A stretch of 64,000 bases of DNA, from positions 2,981,490-3,045,489 of the forward strand of contig CBDHES010000002.1 in assembly GCA_965262175.1 (NCBI GenBank), written 5' to 3'. Below the pieces are notes generated by a model. The model saw nothing but the letters and a program-made list of their open reading frames with translations. It searched no databases and was not told where the DNA came from. Of this stretch, positions 1 through 8,489 are shown piece after piece. Within the stretch, counting starts at the first letter, position 1. Each line of letters opens with the position of its first letter. The stretch is from Acidimicrobiales bacterium (GTDB lineage: Bacteria; Actinomycetota; Acidimicrobiia; Acidimicrobiales; SZUA-35). Position numbers and translations under genes: made by a program.

Positions 1-27
1 AGCAGACCTGCCCCCACCGTCCCGGTC

Positions 28-1299
28 GTGGGACGATGTGGTCCGCACCGTGCAACGACCGAGGAGGCGGCGGACGAGATGACCGTGATCGATGCGTGGA
101 ACTGCCCCGTGACCGTCGAGCCCGAGGCGTTGGAGCCGATCACCGAGGTCATCGCCGGCTACGCCACGATGGCCCCCGGGATCGAGCGCCACTTCCCCGC
201 CCTGGCGGCCGGGTCGCCGTTGGCCAAGGCGATCCTCGCCCAGCTCCTGACCCAGGCCCATCGGCCCGACCTCGTCGCCCGGGCCCAAGCACTGGCCGAC
301 GAGGCCCGGACGGCGACGACCCCGGTGTCGGACCGGGAGCGGGGCCACATCGAGGCGGCCTGGGCGTGGTCCCGGGGCCAGGCGACCGACGCGATCGACG
401 CCTTCGGTCGGATCCTCGACGACCACCCGACCGACCCGTTGGCCCTCCGGGCCCGTTACCTGCTGCTGTTCGCCGCCGGCGACACCGCCGAGATGCTCGA
501 CATGGTCGTCCGGGCCCGGCCCGCCTGGTCCGGCGACCTCCCGCTGGCGTCCTACCTCGACGGGTGGGAGGCGTTCGCCCTCGAGGAGCAGGGCCGATAC
601 CGGGAGGCCGAGGAGCTCGCCCGGCAAGGGGTGGCGGCCAACGAGACCGACCTGTGGGCGATCCATGCCATGTCCCACGTGCTGGAGATGGAGGGCCGGC
701 GAGACGAAGGGGTGGCCTGGCTCGACGGTCGGACCGACGTGCTCGACGCCGGCGGCAGCTTCGCCGGTCACCTGTGGTGGCATCTGGCGCTCCAGCTCCT
801 GGCGGTCGGGCGGACCGACGACGTCCTCGACCTGTTCGATCGCCGGGTCTATCCCGGGGGGAGCACCGAGGGGCTCGACCTGTCCAACGCCATCTCGCTC
901 CTGGCCCGCCTGGAGGCGCTGGGCGTCGACGTGGGCGATCGGTGGGGGCCGCTCGTCGAGCCGGCCATCGTCCGGCTCGGGCAGCACACCCACCCGTTCA
1001 ACGACACCCACTTCGCCCTCGGGCTGGCCCGAGCCGGTCGTCTCGACCACGCCGAGGCCCTGGTGGCCGGGATGGTGGCGTGGTCCGAGGAGGACGACAC
1101 GGCAGCAGCGGTGCTCCGCACCGTCGGTGTCCCGACCGCCCGGGCGATGGTGGCCTACGGATCGGGGCGATGGGCCGACGCGGCCAACGGCCTCGGCTCG
1201 GTAGCCGACGAGCTGTGGCGACTCGGAGGCAGCCACGCCCAACGGGATCTCTACCGGATCGTGCGGGAATCGGCCATCGACCGGACCACGACCGGCTGA
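28..1299 (+). CDS. TPR-like helical repeat protein (TTC38-like family)
   Basis: ORF 28..1299, with an alternative ATG at 79. The helical-repeat sequence includes [29 protein letters not shown], which is typical of TTC38-like proteins. The overlapping frames translate to Arg/Pro-rich shadow ORFs. Confidence 0.5.
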   Translation: MGRCGPHRATTEEAADEMTVIDAWNCPVTVEPEALEPITEVIAGYATMAPGIERHFPALAAGSPLAKAILAQLLTQAHRPDLVARAQALADEARTATTPVSDRERGHIEAAWAWSRGQATDAIDAFGRILDDHPTDPLALRARYLLLFAAGDTAEMLDMVVRARPAWSGDLPLASYLDGWEAFALEEQGRYREAEELARQGVAANETDLWAIHAMSHVLEMEGRRDEGVAWLDGRTDVLDAGGSFAGHLWWHLALQLLAVGRTDDVLDLFDRRVYPGGSTEGLDLSNAISLLARLEALGVDVGDRWGPLVEPAIVRLGQHTHPFNDTHFALGLARAGRLDHAEALVAGMVAWSEEDDTAAAVLRTVGVPTARAMVAYGSGRWADAANGLGSVADELWRLGGSHAQRDLYRIVRESAIDRTTTG

Positions 1300-1357
1300 A
1301 CGCCGGCCGACGGGCCAACCCGGAGATCGATTCTTCCCGACCTGCTAGAAACGAGCC

Positions 1358-2323
1358 ATGAGCGAGTTCGAGGCGGCACCGATCGTGCTGACCGTTCGTC
1401 AGTTCGCCCGAAGCCCGCTCCACCTCCTCCTCCGGGACCGGGTCACCTTCGGCCGGGACTGCGACGGCTTCCTGCTGGCCGACAGTCGGGCGTCCCGGCG
1501 CCACGCCGAGTTCCGACTCGTCGACTCGGAGGTGAGGGTCGTCGATCTCGGCAGCTCCAACGGGACGACCCTCAACGGCCGACCGATCTCGGGGGAGACG
1601 GTACTGGCGGTGGGCGACATCGTCGGGATCGGCTCCGCCGAGATCGTCGTGGGGAGCGCGGTCGGGATGGCCGATCAGAACCGGTGGTCCCGCACGATCG
1701 ACCTGACCTCGGAGATGGCCACCGCCGAGCAGTCACGGAGCACGATCGAGCGCCTCAGCGAGACCGTCAACATCACCGACGTCTCCAGCCTGGCGTCCAA
1801 GGCCGGCGACCAGGGGACGGTCACCATCGTGTTCTCCGACATCGAGAACTCGACGGTCAAGGCCACCAGCGTCGGCGACGACGGCTGGATGCAGATGCTC
1901 GACGTCCACAACCAGATCATCCGGACCCAGCTGCGAACCCACGGCGGTCGGGAGATCAAGTCGCAGGGCGACGGCTTCATGCTCAGCTTCGACAGCGCCC
2001 GACGGGCCGTGATGTTCGCCATCGACGCCCAACGGGACATCCTCGCCCAGCGGCGCCGGGACCCGTCGTGGGATCTCAACATCCGGCTCGGCGTCCACAC
2101 CGGGGAGGCGGTCCACGCTCCCGATGGCGACCTCTACGGCCGACACGTGATCATCGCGTCCCGAATCGCCGACCAGGCCCGGGGCGGTGAGATCCTCGTC
2201 TCGTCGCTGGTGCGGGAGCTGACGAGCGGCAAGGTCGAGCTGACCTACGACCTCGGCCGGACCGTCGAGCTCAAGGGCATCGGCCCCCAAACGGTCCACC
2301 GGGTGGCCTGGAGCGGGAGCTGA
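1358..2323 (+). CDS. FHA domain-containing class III adenylate/guanylate cyclase
   Basis: The N-terminus is FHA-like (VTFGRDCD...SRRHAEF...DLGSSNGTTLNGRPI). The C-terminus has cyclase catalytic motifs (VTIVFSDIENST, KSQGDGFMLSF, RLGVHTGEAV, IIASRIADQARGGEILVS). Confidence 0.85.
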   Translation: MSEFEAAPIVLTVRQFARSPLHLLLRDRVTFGRDCDGFLLADSRASRRHAEFRLVDSEVRVVDLGSSNGTTLNGRPISGETVLAVGDIVGIGSAEIVVGSAVGMADQNRWSRTIDLTSEMATAEQSRSTIERLSETVNITDVSSLASKAGDQGTVTIVFSDIENSTVKATSVGDDGWMQMLDVHNQIIRTQLRTHGGREIKSQGDGFMLSFDSARRAVMFAIDAQRDILAQRRRDPSWDLNIRLGVHTGEAVHAPDGDLYGRHVIIASRIADQARGGEILVSSLVRELTSGKVELTYDLGRTVELKGIGPQTVHRVAWSGS

Positions 2324-2378
2324 CGACGGGGGCGACCGCCGGACCAGACCGCGCCCGGCTACGCTCGCCCCCGCACGG

Positions 2379-3311
2379 GTGACACGGCGAGGGGCGAGAA
2401 CCATGGGCGGATTCGGGACGGTCGCGACACGATCGATGGCGGCCATCGCCGCAGTGGGTGCGGCGGCGATGCTGGCCGCCTGCGGATTCGGTTCCGACGA
2501 TGGCGCCGAGCCGGCCACCGGCCCGGCCGGTACCGAGGCGGCGGCCAGCACCGGCGCCAGCGAGACCGGCGCCGGCACCGACGGGCCCAGCGACGACGAC
2601 CGGGACGGCGAGGCGCCGGGCGAGGGTGACGGCGACCCCGAAGGCGAGGGGCCGGGAGACGACGCCGACCCGGATCGAGCGGTCGCCGCCGACGAGCCCG
2701 ATACCGACGCCGGAAGCCCGGGGCTCCCGGCCACCGGGGAGCCGAGCTCCCCGGCCGAGGAGACCACATCGACCACGAACGGCGGCGGTCGGGACGAGCC
2801 CGACCGGACCTCGACGACCGGTCGGCAACCCGACCCGGCCCCGACGTCCACCGACTCGACCCGGCCCGACTCGGGGCTTTACGACCCGCGATGGATCGAC
2901 TACGTCGTCCTCGGTTCGTTGTCGAACGACTTCGAGCCGCCGCCGGCGTCGCAGTGCCCGGACATCGACCGGTCGCTCTATGAGAGCGAGCCCTACGAGT
3001 CGGCCTCCGATGCAGAGATCGCTCAGTTCGGCATCCAGCTCGTCGACTGCGCCCTCTCCCGGATCGTGGCCTTCTCCAGCGCCACGGGTGAGCTGGTGGG
3101 CGTCATCACCGACGACCAGGCCGGCTGCTACCACGGGATCCTCTTGGAGGAGATGGCCTCGTTCCGGGGCGGCGAGCTCTTCGCCACGGCGGTCAACACA
3201 CCACTCCCCGACGAGCTGCACCTCGCCGTCGAGGATCGGGCCGGTCCCGAGTGCGGGCTCGACCGCGGCCAACTCGACGCCATCCGGGCCGAACCCGACG
3301 CCGGGTTGTGA
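2379..3311 (+). CDS. Secreted lipoprotein with a low-complexity acidic/Pro-rich linker, function unknown
   Basis: Signal peptide with a lipobox (AAAMLAAC|GFGSDDG), a long D/E/P/G/T-rich spacer, and a Cys-containing C-terminal globular part. The start is GTG 2379 or ATG 2403. Confidence 0.55.
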   Translation: MTRRGARTMGGFGTVATRSMAAIAAVGAAAMLAACGFGSDDGAEPATGPAGTEAAASTGASETGAGTDGPSDDDRDGEAPGEGDGDPEGEGPGDDADPDRAVAADEPDTDAGSPGLPATGEPSSPAEETTSTTNGGGRDEPDRTSTTGRQPDPAPTSTDSTRPDSGLYDPRWIDYVVLGSLSNDFEPPPASQCPDIDRSLYESEPYESASDAEIAQFGIQLVDCALSRIVAFSSATGELVGVITDDQAGCYHGILLEEMASFRGGELFATAVNTPLPDELHLAVEDRAGPECGLDRGQLDAIRAEPDAGL

Positions 3312-3339
3312 CCGCCCGGCGCCGGGCGGGGCGCCCTCG

Positions 3340-3978
3340 CTACGTCCGGCGCTTGAGAGCTTCCCGGTCGAACACCTCGACCGAGCCCCGGCCGGTCCGC
3401 AGGACGCCCGTGCGGGCCAGTTCCCCGAGGACGCTGGACACCGTGGGCCGGGTCGTCTGGGCCAGCGAGGCGATCTCGGCCTGCTTCAGGTAGATCACCC
3501 CCGGAGCGAACACGTCGACCAGCCGATCGAGCTGGCGACAGACCCGCTTCTCGGCCGACAACCACGCCGTCTCCGCCAGCTGCTCGGTCAACCGCTCGAC
3601 CCGGCGGACCAGGAGCCCGATGAGGAAGCTGTCGACCCACGACACCTGTGACCGGAGCTGCTCGAAGTGCTCGGCCTCCAACGCCATCGTCTCGGCCTGG
3701 CGGAGAGCCCGGATGGTGGCGGTCCGGCGGCCGGCCGAATCGAGCATCGCCAGCTCGCCGAAGACGTCGCCCGGGCCCTCGATCGTCATGCCGACCCGCT
3801 CGCCGGCCGAGGTCAGCACCTGGATCAGGAAGTACCCCGACTCGACGATGTGGAGCGAGGCGCCCGGGTCGCCCTGGTGGAAGACGACCTCGCCCCGGTC
3901 GAACTTGCGCCGCGTCATCCGGGTGCGGAGCTCCCGCTCCTGATCGTCGCTCAATCCGTCGAAGAAGCTGGGCGCCAT
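3340..3978 (-). CDS. Crp/Fnr family transcriptional regulator
   Basis: The true start is taken as the internal ATG at 3978 (MAPSFFDGLSDDQ...). It has a cNMP-binding beta-barrel (FHQGDPGASLHIVESG...FGELAML...RTATIRAL) and a C-terminal HTH (EIASLAQTTRPTVSSVLGELARTGVL). The upstream part of ORF 3340..4509 is junk. Confidence 0.85.
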   Translation of the reverse strand: MAPSFFDGLSDDQERELRTRMTRRKFDRGEVVFHQGDPGASLHIVESGYFLIQVLTSAGERVGMTIEGPGDVFGELAMLDSAGRRTATIRALRQAETMALEAEHFEQLRSQVSWVDSFLIGLLVRRVERLTEQLAETAWLSAEKRVCRQLDRLVDVFAPGVIYLKQAEIASLAQTTRPTVSSVLGELARTGVLRTGRGSVEVFDREALKRRT

Positions 3979-4089
3979 GGACAAAGACCTTATGCGGCCG
4001 GAGCCTGGATGGGAACGCATCGTTCTAGGTTCAGGATTCGTGTGCTCGCCTGCCGCACCTGCTGGCCTTCGGTGAACCGCCATGGGACC

Positions 4090-4503
4090 ATGTCGACCAT
4101 GGAGATGGTACAACACGCAGGTGACGCCGGCCTGTTCGCAACCTGCCCGGGATCGGAACGGGAGCTGCTCCGCTCGTTGGCGGTCCCCATGCGGGTCAAA
4201 GCCGGCGAGGACCTGGTCCGCCGGGGGGACTTCGGGTCGACCATCGGCGTGGTGATCGAGGGTCGAGCCAGCGTGTGGGTCGGCGACGACTGCGTGGCCG
4301 AGCTCCAGCCGGGCGACTGCTACGGCGAGCTGGCGGTGCTCGCCACGCCGGGAACGACCGGCCAGCGAGCGGCCCGGGTCACCGCCGACACCGAGGTCCG
4401 GGTCGACACGATCGCCAAGCGGGAGCTCGTGGCCAACCTGGGCGACATCCCGGTCGCCGCCGAGCTGCTCCGCCAGAAGGCGGCCGGCTACAGCGCCGAC
4501 TGA
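4090..4503 (+). CDS. Stand-alone cyclic nucleotide-binding domain protein
   Basis: The internal ATG at 4090 is in frame with ORF 3667..4503. It has cNMP-binding motifs (GDFGSTIGVVIEGRASV...CYGELAVLA...RAARVTA). It is divergent from the Crp gene. Confidence 0.7.
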   Translation: MSTMEMVQHAGDAGLFATCPGSERELLRSLAVPMRVKAGEDLVRRGDFGSTIGVVIEGRASVWVGDDCVAELQPGDCYGELAVLATPGTTGQRAARVTADTEVRVDTIAKRELVANLGDIPVAAELLRQKAAGYSAD

Positions 4504-4539
4504 CGCCACCCACCTTCGGCCCGGTCAGAGCGGGCCCGG

Positions 4540-5283
4540 TCAGAGCCGGCCGGCGGCGATGACCCGGTCGAGGAACTGTCGGGTCCGGGGTTCGACCGGG
4601 TCGGCGAACAGCTCGGCCGGGGGCCCCGATTCGAGGACCCGCCCCCCATCGAGGAAGCAGACCCGATCGGCCACGTCACGGGCGAACCCCATCTCGTGGG
4701 TGGCCAGGACCATCGTCATGCCCTCGGCGGCCAGGTCCCGGATGACCGACAGCACCTCGCCGACGAGCTCGGGGTCGAGGGCCGAGGTGACCTCGTCGAG
4801 CAGGAGCAGCTCGGGCCCCGTCATCAGGGCCCGGACGATGGCCGCCCGCTGGGCCTGGCCGCCGCTGAGCTTTTCGGGGTAGTCGGCCGCCTTGTCGGCC
4901 AGGCCGAACGTGGCCAGCAGGTCCCGGGCCCGGTCCTCGGCCTCGGCCCGGGGCACCCGGTGGGCCCGCCGGGGGCCCAGGGTCACGTTGTCGAGGACGG
5001 TCAGGTGGGGGAACAGGTTGAACGCCTGGAACACGATCCCGATCCGGCGACGGACCTCGTTGGCGTCGACCCGGCGCCCGGTTATCTCCTCCCCGTCGAG
5101 GAGGATCCGGCCACCGTCGACCTCGTCGAGCAGGTCGACGCAGCGGAGCACGGTCGACTTGCCGCACCCGGACGGTCCGATCAGGCAGACGACCTCGTGC
5201 TCGGCCACGGTGAGGTCGAAGCCGGTGAGCACCTCGAGGTCGCCGTAGGACTTCCGGACCCCGTCGAGGACCAGCTTGGTCAT
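4540..5283 (-). CDS. Polar amino acid ABC transporter ATP-binding protein
   Basis: Walker A GPSGCGKST, signature LSGGQAQRAAIVRAL, Walker B LLLLDEVTSALD. The start is at MTKLVLDG (5283). Confidence 0.9.
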   Translation of the reverse strand: MTKLVLDGVRKSYGDLEVLTGFDLTVAEHEVVCLIGPSGCGKSTVLRCVDLLDEVDGGRILLDGEEITGRRVDANEVRRRIGIVFQAFNLFPHLTVLDNVTLGPRRAHRVPRAEAEDRARDLLATFGLADKAADYPEKLSGGQAQRAAIVRALMTGPELLLLDEVTSALDPELVGEVLSVIRDLAAEGMTMVLATHEMGFARDVADRVCFLDGGRVLESGPPAELFADPVEPRTRQFLDRVIAAGRL

Positions 5284-5296
5284 GTCGACACCTGGG

Positions 5297-6049
5297 TCAT
5301 ATCGACACCTGGGATCGGCGGGACCGGTCACGGGCCGAGTACCAGTCGACGAACCGGGTCAGCGGGATGCTCACCGCCAGGAACAGGACGGTGGCCACCA
5401 GGAAGCCGGTGTAGTTGAACGTCCGGGCCTTGTAGATGTCGGCCTCCCGGACCGCGTCCCGCACCCCGAGCACCGACACCAGGGCCACGTCCTTCTGGAG
5501 GGCGATGACCAGGTTCATCAACGCCGGCACCACGTTGCGGATCGCCTGGGGCAGGATGGCGTGGCGAAGGGTCTGGATCTGGGTCAGGCCGAGCGACCGG
5601 GCCGACGCCCGCTGGGACTCCGGCACCGCCTCGATGCCCGACCGGTAGATCTCGGCGGTGTACGCCGAGTACGACAACGTCAGGGCGGCGATCCCCCAGA
5701 ACACGGCCTCGTTGGTCAAGCCCCGAATGCCGAGGGCCGGCACCCCGAACCCGAGAACGAGCACGAGCAGGATCACCGGGATACCCCGGAACAGATCGGT
5801 GTAGGCCATGGCCAGCAACCGGATCGGGAGCAGGGCCGGACCGCGCAGGCTCCGCATCACCGCCACCACGAGGGCCACCACCGGGATGGCGACGATCGAC
5901 CAGGCGAAGAGCCGCAGGTTGAGCCAGAAGCCCCGGACGATGTCGGGCGCCGACGCCCGGAAGTCGTCGGGGTTGAAGAACTGGTCCCGGACCCGAGGCC
6001 AGTTGGGGCTGGCAACGACCAGGGCGACCAGACCGCCGAGGACCACCAC
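5297..6049 (-). CDS. Amino acid ABC transporter permease (His/Glu/Gln/Arg family)
   Basis: The C-terminal ~250 aa of ORF 5297..6787 are multi-TM and carry the EAA-type loop (ESQRASARSLGLTQIQTLRHAILPQA). The upstream part of the ORF overlaps the binding-protein gene and is junk. The start is uncertain, with GTG 6049 as the best candidate. Confidence 0.8.
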   Translation of the reverse strand: MVVLGGLVALVVASPNWPRVRDQFFNPDDFRASAPDIVRGFWLNLRLFAWSIVAIPVVALVVAVMRSLRGPALLPIRLLAMAYTDLFRGIPVILLVLVLGFGVPALGIRGLTNEAVFWGIAALTLSYSAYTAEIYRSGIEAVPESQRASARSLGLTQIQTLRHAILPQAIRNVVPALMNLVIALQKDVALVSVLGVRDAVREADIYKARTFNYTGFLVATVLFLAVSIPLTRFVDWYSARDRSRRSQVSI

Positions 6050-6117
6050 GGTCGACGCGGTGGCGATGAGGGCGCCCGACGCCCCCTCACCACCGAGTCG
6101 ATGACGGAACCGGGACC

Positions 6118-6996
6118 TCAGCCGGCGAGGGTCGGGATCGAGCCGCCCTGGTTCAGCCACTCTTCCTCCAGGCCCTCGATCGTGCCATCGTCCTGCAGGG
6201 CGGCGAGGGCCTCGTCGATGCAGGCGACCAGCGGGCTGCCGTCCTCGAACAGCAGGCCCAGCTCCTCGGGATCGCCGGCCCGGGGCAGGACACCGACGAT
6301 CGCCGCGTCGGGAATCTCGACCGCGGTGATGAAGTAGGCGGTGGGGAGATCGAAGACGATCCCATCGACCTGGCCGGCCTCGAAGGCCGACTTGGCGGCG
6401 GCGTTGTCGTCGAAGGCCAACGGCGTCTCGGCGGGGCCGATCTCGCTCTCGATGTAGTCGAGGCTGGTCGACCCGATCGAGGCGCCGAGCTGGAAGTCGA
6501 CCAGGTCGGCCACGGCGGTCGCCGAGGCGATGTCGCCGCCGGCCGAGCCGACGATCGCCTGCTCCACCTGGTAGTAGCCGGCCGAGAAGTCGACGACCTC
6601 GTCCCGCTCGGCGGTGATCGAGTACTGCTGGATGTTGAAGTCGTAGTCCTTCTCGCCGGGGGCGATCGCCTCGTCGAAGGTCGTCCGCAGCCAGTCGACG
6701 GTCTCGATCCCGAGCTGGTCGGCCAGGGCGTACACGAGGGCCGACTCGAAGCCCTGGCGGTTGATCGGGTCGTCGTCGACCATCCACGGCTCGAACACCA
6801 CGTCGCCGGTGGCGACGGTGAGCACCCCGTCGACCTTGGTCGGGAGCGGGTCGCAGACGGCCTCGTCGGCGCCGTCGGTGGCCGCCGACGCATCGTCGGT
6901 GGCCGTGTCACCCTCGGTGGTGTCGTCGGCGTCGTCGCTCCCACAGGCGGCGGCGAGCAGGGCCAGCGAGAACAGCAGGGCCAGGGTCTTGGTCAT
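6118..6996 (-). CDS. Amino acid ABC transporter substrate-binding lipoprotein (family 3)
   Basis: Lipobox LALLAAAC|GSDD and a type-3 SBP-like body (DFNIQQYSITAERDEVVDFSAGYY). It lies directly upstream of the permease and ATPase genes. Confidence 0.85.
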   Translation of the reverse strand: MTKTLALLFSLALLAAACGSDDADDTTEGDTATDDASAATDGADEAVCDPLPTKVDGVLTVATGDVVFEPWMVDDDPINRQGFESALVYALADQLGIETVDWLRTTFDEAIAPGEKDYDFNIQQYSITAERDEVVDFSAGYYQVEQAIVGSAGGDIASATAVADLVDFQLGASIGSTSLDYIESEIGPAETPLAFDDNAAAKSAFEAGQVDGIVFDLPTAYFITAVEIPDAAIVGVLPRAGDPEELGLLFEDGSPLVACIDEALAALQDDGTIEGLEEEWLNQGGSIPTLAG

Positions 6997-7069
6997 CGGA
7001 TCCTCCCGCGTCAGGAGCGGATCACTCTACCGGCCCGTCTGTTGGCCGGGAGGGACCGTGAGCGACCGG

Positions 7070-7507
7070 TCAGAGGGTCATCCACGGCGTCCGGGTCGAG
7101 CCGTCGGGCCACTCGACCTCGAACCGGACCGAACCGGACAGGCCGCCCACCGCCACCCGGCCCTCAGCCGAGATCGTGAGGTCCCGCCGTTCGTCGCCGA
7201 TGCGGAGCCCGACCGCCGTCGGGTGGGGTGACACGTCGAGGCGCACCCGGTCGCCGTCGACCGACACCGTCAGACGGCCGGGGGTCGGACCGGCGTCGGC
7301 CTCATAGGTCAGGACCCGGGCGTAGGTGTCGTCGGAGAAGCCGACCACCTCCAGCTCGTGGTCGTCGATCAGCCGGGCCAGATCGGCATCGAGGGTCCGC
7401 CACCCGAAGGCGGCGTGGGCGCCGGCGATCGCGTCGGCCGGAGGGCGAGCGTCGGGGAGCGATCGGGCCAGCACCGCCAGCAGGTCATCGTCATCCATCG
7501 AGCTCAT
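7070..7507 (-). CDS. Hypothetical protein translationally coupled to the ECF sigma factor (possible unconventional anti-sigma partner)
   Basis: The ATG at 7507 overlaps the sigma gene stop (ATGA). The protein is 145 aa with no TM segment, no Cys residues and no HxxxCxxC motif. Confidence 0.45.
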   Translation of the reverse strand: MSSMDDDDLLAVLARSLPDARPPADAIAGAHAAFGWRTLDADLARLIDDHELEVVGFSDDTYARVLTYEADAGPTPGRLTVSVDGDRVRLDVSPHPTAVGLRIGDERRDLTISAEGRVAVGGLSGSVRFEVEWPDGSTRTPWMTL

Positions 7508-8097
7508 GACGACGACATCCCGCCGCTGATACGGCTGATCTCCGGTGAGGTCCGCAGCGAGCCCAGGCATCGGGCCCGGGTCGGACCGATACTCCCCACG
7601 GGGATGTCGAGCTGTTCCGAGATCGTCTCGTAGCTCACCGGCGGGTCGACGATCAGGAGCCGCAGGAGCCGCTGGCAGCGCTCGGGGAGTCGAGCGAAGG
7701 CCGCCGCCACCGCCGCCCGCTCCTCGCCCTGCTCGATCCGACGCCCCGGTTCGGGGAGCGACGAGCCGCCGAGATCGAGCGGCTCGCCGAGGTCGACGAC
7801 CTCGTCGGAAGGCACGACCCGGCCCCGCTGACGAACCACTCCCACACACTCGTTGCGGGTGGTCTGGCCAATCCAGCCGGCCAGCCGATCGGGGTCGCGG
7901 ATCCGGTCCAGGTGCTCGGCCAGCCGCAGCCACACGGTCTGGAACACGTCCTTCGAGGTCTCGTCGTCGAACCGGAACCCCCGGACGATGCTCCACACCA
8001 GCCCACTGTGGCCATCGACGAGGCGAGCCCACGCCCCGGCGTCGCCCTCCCGGGCGGCTCGGACCTCGGCGGCGAGGTCGGAAGAGGGCGCGTCCAT
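7504..8097 (-). CDS. ECF (sigma-70 family) RNA polymerase sigma factor
   Basis: The start is at MDAPSSDL (8097). Region 2 reads LVWSIVRGFRFDDETSKDVFQTVWLRL. Region 4 reads YETISEQLDIPVGSIGPTRARCL. Confidence 0.85.
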   Translation of the reverse strand: MDAPSSDLAAEVRAAREGDAGAWARLVDGHSGLVWSIVRGFRFDDETSKDVFQTVWLRLAEHLDRIRDPDRLAGWIGQTTRNECVGVVRQRGRVVPSDEVVDLGEPLDLGGSSLPEPGRRIEQGEERAAVAAAFARLPERCQRLLRLLIVDPPVSYETISEQLDIPVGSIGPTRARCLGSLRTSPEISRISGGMSSS

Positions 8098-8288
8098 CGC
8101 CCCCAACTCTATTGGCCGACCGCCGTTCGGGTGGCGCTCGATTTCCTGTATCACCGCCACGATCCGGGCGTCCCGATCCCTGCGCCCCGACGGATCTGTG
8201 GTGAGGCCTCGGGGCGTTGTTGCGGCGCCGAGTGGTAGGTCCGGAGACGGGCCTACCACTCGCGGCTACCGGGTTCTACCCTGGGGTC

Positions 8289-8459
8289 ATGCCTCTGCTC
8301 CTGCTGTTCATCGGACTGACCGTCGTGGCCGGGCTGTTGATGTGGCGGATGACGTTCCAGACCGGCTACCGGGTGAAGAACCGGGACATCCGTCCCCACC
8401 ACACCTCCCGGCCGATCAGGGAGCGTCCCGGGCCCGATCTGTCGCAGATGCTCGACTGA
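8289..8459 (+). CDS. Small membrane protein (hypothetical)
   Basis: MPLLLLFIGLTVVAGLLMW forms a single TM segment followed by a basic tail. The ORF is short, so support is weak. Confidence 0.3.
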   Translation: MPLLLLFIGLTVVAGLLMWRMTFQTGYRVKNRDIRPHHTSRPIRERPGPDLSQMLD

Positions 8460-8489
8460 GCCCTTCGGCGCCCGCTCCCCCGATCGTCC

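Noticed and set aside
8098-8288. An autoregulatory ECF-type promoter (GGAAC-N16/17-CGTC-like) upstream of the sigma gene at 8097.
   Set aside because: Only a weak candidate was found (ggaaat ... gcggtc on the minus strand), with imperfect motifs and uncertain spacing. That is not enough to annotate.
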